Shown here: positions 49,743 through 57,234 of the stretch, one piece after another
How positions within the stretch are numbered: the first letter of the stretch is position 1
Layout: each line of letters starts with the position of its first letter
Assembly: GCF_004010195.1 (NCBI RefSeq)
Contig: NC_057720.1
Location: 13,473,108-13,530,341 of the forward strand
Source: Chiloscyllium plagiosum
Lineage: Eukaryota
Length of the DNA: 57,234 nt
Direction of reading: 5' to 3'
Notes under the pieces: generated by a model
Database searches by the model: none
Told to the model about the DNA's origin: nothing
What the model saw: the letters and a program-made list of their open reading frames with translations, nothing else
Position numbers and translations under genes: made by a program

Positions 49743-50469
49743 TGAGGTTAAACAGATCGAGAATCGAAGAGGATCCGGAAGGTTTCCAGCCGTTGGTCAT
49801 CCAGCAGGTGGTGCTTTGATCCACCAAGCCAATGGGGGAAAGCCCATGTTCGGATTCCTCGCACGAGGAAGGGAATCGGAGAGGTTAAACCGGAATAAAA
49901 TGCATTTAAATCTAACGTGGACGTGAACGTGTCTGCAAGTTATTCCGCTCCGGGATGCCAAGTATGTGAAATTGGAATGGTCTGAAGGCAGGGTAAATCC
50001 GGTCTGGTTTCCCATATCCTGAAACTGCTGTCTCGGAAGGCGATGAGATATCGAAGCAGAATTAGGCCATTCGGCCCGGAGAGTCTGCTCCTCCATTCGA
50101 ACATGGCTGCCTGAGAATCGGGGCCACAAGCAGGGGAAAGCTTCCCTGGGTCAGTGTGAACTTGGACTAAGGGAAACAAACCGCCCACAGCGGAAAGATC
50201 GAATTTCCTCGTCGTTCCTATGCTCCCACTTTCAGAAGGTCGGGGAGTTAGTCAGAAACTGACTGCCTGGCCCCCAGTGCACTGTCTCCCAGGTCATCTG
50301 TTTTATGTGACAGGTTCGGTTTGGAGTGTATTGTCTGCCGGGTTCATTGTCTGTCAGAGCTGAATTAGTTTCCCACTTCCCTGTAACATTTAAAACGGTC
50401 GTGGAGAGAAACCTCGCGGCTGAATGCCTTGTCTTTATGCCCTGCACCATTGCTGAACTTTTGACCATG

Positions 50470-50745
50470 GGTGGCCAGCACTGCTGCCTCACAGCACCAA
50501 GGTCCCAGGTTCGATTCCAGCCTCGGGTGACTGTGTGGAGTTTGCACATTCTCCCCGTGTCTGCATGGGTTTTCTCCCACAGGTCAAAGATGTGCAGGCC
50601 AGGTGAATTGGCCATGCTAACTTGCCCATAGTGTTAGGCGTATTAGTGAGAGTGAAATGGGTCTGGGTGGGTTAGTCTTCGGACGGTCGGTGTTGACTGT
50701 TGCGCCGAAGGGCCTGTTTCCACACTGTAAGGAATGTAATCTAAA
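50470..50745 (+). mobile_element. HE1/V-SINE
   Basis: ggttcgattcc B box, V-domain, gccgaagggcctgtttccacactgt tail. Confidence 0.88.
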
Positions 50746-50794
50746 AAAAAATTAACCCAGTACAGGTTGGAGACTTACACATCCTCATCACCCC

Positions 50795-51375
50795 CAGCAC
50801 CAGAAAGCATTGGAGCAGCTGAGAAAAGAAGTCCTAATCCCAGGCTGATTCCTGGGTAGCAGGACTGACACATGAGGAGATATTGAATATATTCACTGGA
50901 GTGTATAAGAATGAGGGGGGATCTCATAGAACTCTATAAAATTCTAACAGAACTAGACAGGGTAGATGCACGAAGGATTTTCTCGCTGGTGGGGGAATCC
51001 AGAACCAAGGGGTTAGACACAGGTCTGAGTAAAAAATCACACAACACCAGGTTATAGTCCAACACGTTTATTTGGAAGCGCTAGCTTTCGGAGCGCTTCT
51101 CCTTCATCAGGTAACGACTTCCAATTAAACCTGTTGGACTATAACCTGGTGTTGTGTGATTTTTAACTTTGTCCACCCCAGTCCAACACCGGCAGCTCTA
51201 CATTTAGGACTGAGATGAGGAGAAATGTCCTCACCCAGAGAGTGGAGACAGCCAGAGAAGGAAGTTAAGGCCAAACGTTTTTAATGTTTCCAAGGCGTAG
51301 ATATATCTGTAAAGAAGCAAGGATAGGAGGAGAAAGCGGGAATAGGGGATTGGGTTGGATGATCAGCCATGATCC
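50795..51375 (+). mobile_element. CR1 fragment with a fold-back family B element (~51032-51202) inserted
   Basis: RMRGDLIELYKILTELDRVD motif; inverted B arms. Confidence 0.8.
51082..51110 (-). ncRNA. Minimal hammerhead ribozyme core, family B, intact
   Basis: CTGATGA-A-GGAG-aagcg-CTCC-GAAA-GC-TA; palindromic AGCT at stem III. Confidence 0.72.
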
Positions 51376-51802
51376 AACTGCATGGGGTCCTGTGTTTCTG
51401 GACACTTCCAGCTGTGAGACCCTCCACATTACATAAAATAACAGCGAAGGAAAGGACATGCCCATAGCCTGGACCTCCGTTAGGAGTGACCGCAGAAAAT
51501 AGGAAACGACAACGTTGAAATTATCACATTTTTCTTTGACTTGCTCTGTTCAATCCTAAACTATGATGTGGAAGTGCCGGTGTTGGCCTGGGACAGACCC
51601 CTAATAACACGGACTGGTGTGGTTCAGCTAACCACCTTCTCCAATGGCAATGAGGATGGCCAATAAATGCTGGCCCAGTCAAGCTACAAATCAATAACTT
51701 CTGATCATCACATGCATCTGATGCATGTACTGTAGAGATTAAGAGTCTGTATGCAGTAATTCACTGGTCACAAGGAAGTTGTGGCGAGACCAGGGGCACA
51801 GA

Positions 51803-51922
51803 ATATCACACAACGCCAGGTTATAGTCCAACAGGTTTATTTGAAAATACAAACTTTCGTAGCGCTGCTCCTTCATCAGGTAGCGACCTCCGAAAGCTTG
51901 TACTCCCAAATAAACCTGTTGG
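51803..51922. mobile_element. Fold-back family B element
   Basis: tcacacaacgccaggttatagtccaacagg...gctccttcatcagg...ctccgaaagc...taaacctgttgg. Confidence 0.8.
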
Positions 51923-52689
51923 GCTAACTCTTAAACCAGTTGTGCACATGCACATAAAATAAAGAACTAGGGATGTTGCAAATCCGAAATAAAAACAGAG
52001 TTAGCTGCAGGAACTCTGCCCGCATCCGGGGAGAGAGAAGCGGCGTTAACGTTTCGGGTGCAGTCCCCTTCGGGAAGTTTCTCTCTCTCCCTCTCTCCAT
52101 CGGTGTTGCCGGACCTGCTGAGTCTCTGCAGTGTTCTCTGCTCAGTTAGTTACAGCCCGCGCCACAATAGCAAACATACTTCAGAAAGCAACGGGTCAGG
52201 TGTAAATAAACCACCAACTAGCGCCACATCGTTTTCATATCGAGTTCATCCCAGTCCTATTCTCTCAGTTGTCACCTTTTCCAGGTGAAGCCGGAAACTA
52301 AGTGTGGGTCACGGCAGTGAGGACTAAATCCCATCCCCGTGAAACCCAACTCGGGTAAAAATACCATTTGCTAACCAGCAGGGGAGACAGGTTCAAGTCC
52401 CACCTGCTTCAGAAGGGTCATTACATCCCTGAAGATTTTGATGAGAAAATAACTGCTCTCAATTTAAAACTCTCTGTGTTCAACACTCGCCAACTCTCAC
52501 TAAGCGATAGAAAGCTGGTGATAAAATGGTATTCGGAAGCCAGGTGAATGAAACTTGACAAAATAAAGACAAAGGAAGGATATTGGTGGGTATTCCGGAG
52601 GTGAGAGTGATATTGAATTGGTGTAGTGTGTACAAAGATTCCAGAGGTTGTTCGCAGTTCCTGTAAGGGGAAGACTGGGCAGTTTCTCC

Positions 52690-52850
52690 TGTGTGTGTGT
52701 GTTCCGCTGCGTTCTGGCTGTCAGCAGAGGTCGGGATTGGGCGGCGCTGTTATTCCGCGTTGCATTGGGAAGTGAAATGGTTGGTCGCTCTCTGAGCTGA
52801 CGTTCAGGCTCTGAAGGAGGTGTGTGTGTGTGTGTGGATTCATTCGGTGC
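52690..52850 (+). promoter_or_regulatory. Candidate core promoter of the LMO4-family gene
   Basis: Two inverted CCAAT boxes (ATTGG 52736-52740 and 52764-52768), GC box GGGCGG 52739-52744, CRE half-site TGACG 52798-52802, CpG-rich. Confidence 0.55.
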
Positions 52851-53422
52851 TGTCACCACCACATGTAGGTGCAGCGGGGGAAGGAGGCGGCAGTGCTGAG
52901 AGACAGGGAGCTGTGTGTACGTGAGAGAGAGAGAGAGAGAGAGGCACCCAGTCTCCCGCCGCGCACACAGACACAAACAACAACAACAAAAAAATCACCT
53001 TTCTCAAGCTACCTGACTTCTGCCCCTATCTACCTTTGTCCAACCGCTTCACGGAGACTTAACCCGAGACCCAGACTGATCGGAACAATCGATCCGCATG
53101 CACTGAAGTTAGAGGCCGGACGTATCAAAGGAGGAACTTCGACATTTACCTTTCGCGTCGTCAGTGAACGAAGGACAGAGAGAAAAGGAGAGAGCCGAGA
53201 ACGCTGTTTACCGATCAACAAGAGAAAAATATAAAGGGCGTTAGAGAGAGAGAGAGAGTTTGACGATCGGTGAAGCTGTGAAGGAGCCTAGCAATTGAAT
53301 TCTTCCGATTGCAATCGAAATCCAGACGGATATTTCGAGGCGGTTGCGAATAGTTGATAAGCAGCCGTTTTAAAGGGAAAAATAAAATCACTCACACACA
53401 CAATACCGAGCCAGCGGAGGAG
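52850..53422 (+). other. Probable non-coding exon 1 (5' UTR) of the LMO4-family gene; start approximate
   Basis: CpG-rich and transposon-free; ends in a strong donor GAG|GTAAGG (53423-53428) about 1.1 kb upstream of the coding-exon acceptor. LMO4 genes have a non-coding first exon. Confidence 0.65.
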
Positions 53423-54536
53423 GTAAGGTTGTGTGTGTTTTAAATTCAAGGGTTAATCTCGATGTGTTTGTGTGTCGATTTCAATCGGGGTGGGGGAAAG
53501 TGGGATTTTTCCTTTGCAGACTGAGAAAGGGGTGTGTGTCTGTGTGGGTGGTGGGGGCTGTTTTGTAGAGGCCGCCTTAGCTACATAACATTTTCACCCC
53601 CTCCCCTCCCTCCCCCTCCTCTGTCTGAATGCCCCCCTTCACACGGATGGCAGTTCGAGTCCCCTAGCCGCTTCTCTCTCAGCCCAGAATCAGCCCTGCT
53701 CCTGTTCTCATTACACAGCTCCCTCTCAACGAATTCTTTAAAAATGCAGCGAAGTTAAAAAAAAAACGATTTTTTTTTGGGAGGGGTGGCGGGAAGAAGA
53801 GACAGAATTTTTTATCACTTTAGAATGAAACTTGACTAGGGTCCGGAGTATCCGGGTGTTGGGGAGGAGGGTGGAGTTTAATTATTATTTTGGGGGAGCG
53901 ATTTCGGTGCATTTTTTTTAAAATAAAAGGAGTCACTGGTTGGGAGGTTACGGAATCTTTTGGCGCCCTATTCCCTGGACACGGGGATTTCTCTCTCTCT
54001 CTCTCCTGTCGGCTTTTTTCTGCCTGAATTGTTTTTTTTTGAGGGGAGGGGGAGAAAAAGAAAGGATAGATATTATGGGGAAAGCAATCAGGCACATGGT
54101 CAGAGCGACATACCGTCCCCAGCTCCATTCCCTCCCTCCCTCCTTCACTCTATCTTCACCGAGAGAGGCGAAATCCTGTTGAAATGACACCGAAGCAACA
54201 TTCAGATTGAAGATCAAGGACGGATTAGACCAGGCTAAACATGGGCTTTGAGTAACAGGTTAACAAAAATTGTTTTAATTGGCTTTTTTGGGAGGGAAGG
54301 CCTCTGGGCCCGATTTCTGGTTTCCTTCTCGTCAATCTGTTACAAAAGAAAGATACAGTCGCTTTTCTTTTTCACCCCTAATTAATATATTTTCCACCTC
54401 TCTCTCTCCCACCCCACTGTTTATTTTATGTTCCTCTCCCCCCCCTCCCCTCCCCACTCTCCTCCCGCCCAATGTAGATTCGAGGGAGGGCGAACCGTGT
54501 ATTTTTTCTCTCTCTCTCTCTCCTGGCAAGAAAAAG

Positions 54537-54775
54537 ATGGTGAACAACGGGAGCTCACAGGCGCCCAGTGGCAGCGTGAACCGCGCGGGCCTACCCTGGA
54601 AGATGTGCGCCGGCTGCCGGGGGAAGATCGCCGACCGCTTCCTGCTCTACGCCATGGACAGCTACTGGCATAGCCGTTGCCTTAAGTGTTCCTGCTGTCA
54701 GGCCCAGCTCGGCGAGATCGGCACCTCCTGCTACACCAAGAGCGGTATGATCCTGTGCAGGAACGATTACATAAG
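54537..54775 (+). CDS. LMO4: LIM domain only 4 family protein, first coding exon (N-terminus + LIM1); the gene continues beyond the window
   Basis: Translates to MVNNGSSQAPSGSVNRAGLPWKMCAGCRGKIADRFLLYAMDSYWHSRCLKCSCCQAQLGEIGTSCYTKSGMILCRNDYIR, nearly identical to LMO4 LIM1. A (CT)n polypyrimidine tract and AG acceptor (54529-54530 or 54535-54536) lie upstream. A phase-2 donor AG|GTACA at 54775/54776 falls in the Arg codon of DYIR, as in other vertebrate LMO4 genes. The longer ORF 54279-54956 is read-through into introns. Confidence 0.95.
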
Positions 54776-55103
54776 GTACATTTCACCCTCGAACCCAACT
54801 TCATTTAGCTGCAGCTGGGCTTTATTTACACTTGACAATCCAAGACAAAAACAAACACATCCTGAAAGGAATTTGCTGGAATCGGCAACTTGCTGGAGAG
54901 ACTCAGCAGGCCTGGCTGCATCTGTGCAGAGAGAAATCACGTCTCAGGTCGAGTGACGCTTCCCCAGACATCCTTCCTGAGGTAGGCTCACTGCACGTTG
55001 AGTCTTGACTTCCCTCTGCACAGATGTTGCCAGATCCGCTGAGTTTCTCCAGAAACAGAAATTGCAGGAAGAGCTCAGCAGGTTTCCAGTTCAGGAAGGG
55101 CTT

Positions 55104-55133
55104 CTGAGGAAGGGTCACTCGATCCGAAACGTT
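55104..55133 (+). ncRNA. Minimal hammerhead core, family D, in the LMO4 intron (sense strand)
   Basis: CTGAGGA-A-GGGTC-actc-GATCC-GAAA-CG-TT. Confidence 0.6.
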
Positions 55134-57029
55134 AACTCCGATTTGTCTCCCCAGATGCTGCCAGGCCTGCTGAGCTCTTTCAGCATTTCTGTTTTTGTTA
55201 CTGATTTCCCAGTTGTTTCGGATTTTATTCGAGCTTCTCCAGCAGTTGGCCATCCTTCAATGAAGGTCTGTCTCTCTCCACCTCACCCTTGAGGTGTTTG
55301 ACCCTCAGTTTAAAACCATCACTGTCTCTTTCTCTTGGCAAATGGGACTAGATTAATTTAGGATATCTGGTTGGCATGGGGGAGTTGGACCGAAGGGTCT
55401 GTTTCTGTGCTGTACAATTCTCTGATTATAATGTGAGAGCAGCCCCATGGTCTGTAATGGTTGTGGAGATCTGCCTTCAATTCTAGCGAGAGAACCCCCA
55501 CCCACAAACATTTATCTGATTTGAGGATCCCCACACTCCGTGTTAAATCAGATATCTGCTGGGATTTTTCTCAGATCTCACCTCTCATTCCTCTTATTTT
55601 AAAATCTACTTAGGAAAGGGGGAATTGCAATTTAAAATTTCTTGGAACCCAGGCAAATAAAAAAATAAAACTCCAGCTCTCTCTACGCACCTTCTCACCG
55701 AAATGGGACTTCCAAACAACTTTGAAATGTAGAAAGGTTAGAGTCACGCGATTGGAGGAGGTTGGCAAATTAATTTATTTCATGTCATTCGATTTTTTTT
55801 CGCGATATTTGAATTGAGGCTCTCAAATCATCCCAGCCAGTAACTGGAAGATTTGCAATTGTGCAAAGGGACCGTTTTTGAGGTTTGTAATTCTTGTTTT
55901 TGCAACGGTTAAACTGCACGTTCCCGTCACTCTAAAAGTCTCTAGAATGCACACTTCTTCCATTCGGAGGGAGCTAGACCGACAAGGTCAAGGAAATTAA
56001 ATGGGGTTAAGAATCTCATAAGGAAGGTGATGCATTTTTAACTTAAAATATGCGTCTGCTCCATGTGGATTGTGGGGGGGTGGGAGAGGAGGAGGAAGTT
56101 CTTGGGAAAGTTGACTTTCCGTGACTCGGGAGAGAGAAAGAATCTCATTTAAAACCGAAGCCGGTGAAGTGAGAGTTTTCCACAACCTTTCTCTTGGCAC
56201 GTGACTCAGCTTCCAATCGTCAAAATGGAAGGGAACAACAGAGGGGATCATGTGTCACAACTTTCAAGGGATTAAACATTTCATTTCTGTGAGTGTTCCT
56301 TTTCGGAGGGGTATTTTGCTTTCCTCTCTGAAAGGTTGAGCAAGTTTCCTGAGCTTGCAGATGCAGGGCGGAACGTATCCAACTCCTACCAGTTTACTGA
56401 GCTGCTGTGAATTTTAGTGGCAATGAGCTTGTCAGATCCTAAATCACAATCGAGAGAAATAAAAAGCTCTGATTTCAGCTCGATAGGGGGATAATTGAAG
56501 TGAGATTGGTTGGATTCAGTGTGCGTGTAAAACTGCTGATTAATTCAGCCCCAACCCCCCCTCTATATGCTGGATCTTTCTTGTGCTAGATCCTAGACTA
56601 ATTAAGAAACAGTCTGGATCGACACTTTTTTTGGGAAGGGGGGCTGGTGGTGGGTTGAGGGAAGATATTGTTAATAAACTGGAGATTGTCTGGGAGACGC
56701 ACACTGAATCCTCTGATCTCCCAGATAGAGGATTCAATAGGACTTGGCACAATTAAAAGCTTTAATTAGTGACAGTTCTTTCAGTCTCAATCCGTCCCTC
56801 CTTTTACATATATGTTTTTTTAAAAAAAATCTAATGAGATATTCCAGAGGCTCAATTTGAGTGCTGGTGAGCAGGAGAGACAAAATGAATAGAACCGACA
56901 GCCAACAAACAAAACATTTAATTAAGAAAATTGGCTTTTGAGAGTGGGATTACAACAGCTCGGGTGGTGCTTTTGCTCTCTCTTTTACAATTCCCAGGCA
57001 CGGAAATGAAGTAAAATGATTGTCCACCG

Positions 57030-57234
57030 CCCTCCTCTCCCCCCACCCCCTCACCCTCTTTGTCCCCTCTCTCTCGCCCCCACCGCACCGTCATTCTCGT
57101 CCCCTCAAAATCCCCTCACTCTCTCCCCCACCCCAGTTTTTTTGCCCCTTCCTCTCTTCACTCCCTCCCCTCTTCCCCAACACCCCTCACTCTCTTCCCC
57201 TGCCCCCACTCCCTCTCTCTTGCCCATCACTTTC
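57030..57234 (+). repeat. CT-rich low-complexity tract
   Basis: Direct observation. Confidence 0.9.

Noticed and set aside
54279..54956. 225-aa single-exon ORF
   Set aside because: Only 54537-54775 is LMO4-like; the flanks are a polypyrimidine tract and intronic repeat sequence.

Overview
Repeat-rich cartilaginous-fish (shark) genomic DNA, judged by HE1/V-SINE-type SINEs, HER1/CR1 LINEs and Penelope-like elements, with three assembly gaps. The only supportable host gene is at the right end, on the + strand: the CpG-rich promoter, a probable non-coding exon 1 (donor at 53423) and the first coding exon (54537-54775, LIM1 domain) of an LMO4-family gene. Its divergent N-terminus suggests the LMO4.1-type paralog. 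The ~52 kb upstream contains CR1, RTE and Penelope-like retroelement fragments, several tRNA-derived SINE families and repeat-free TAAT/SOX-rich islands (candidate enhancers). Most notable: (1) four families of Penelope-derived short elements with minimal hammerhead ribozyme cores (CTGANGA-stem II-GAAA-NN-TH), often as fold-back palindromes with 10-15 bp target-site duplications (TSDs); (2) a ~2.1 kb 31-bp minisatellite whose unit is the terminus of one hammerhead element and which is contiguous with a copy of it, suggesting telomerase-like reiterative synthesis or post-insertion expansion; (3) a tRNA-SINE head and body running directly into an APE-endonuclease reading frame. Repeat boundaries are approximate and read by eye.
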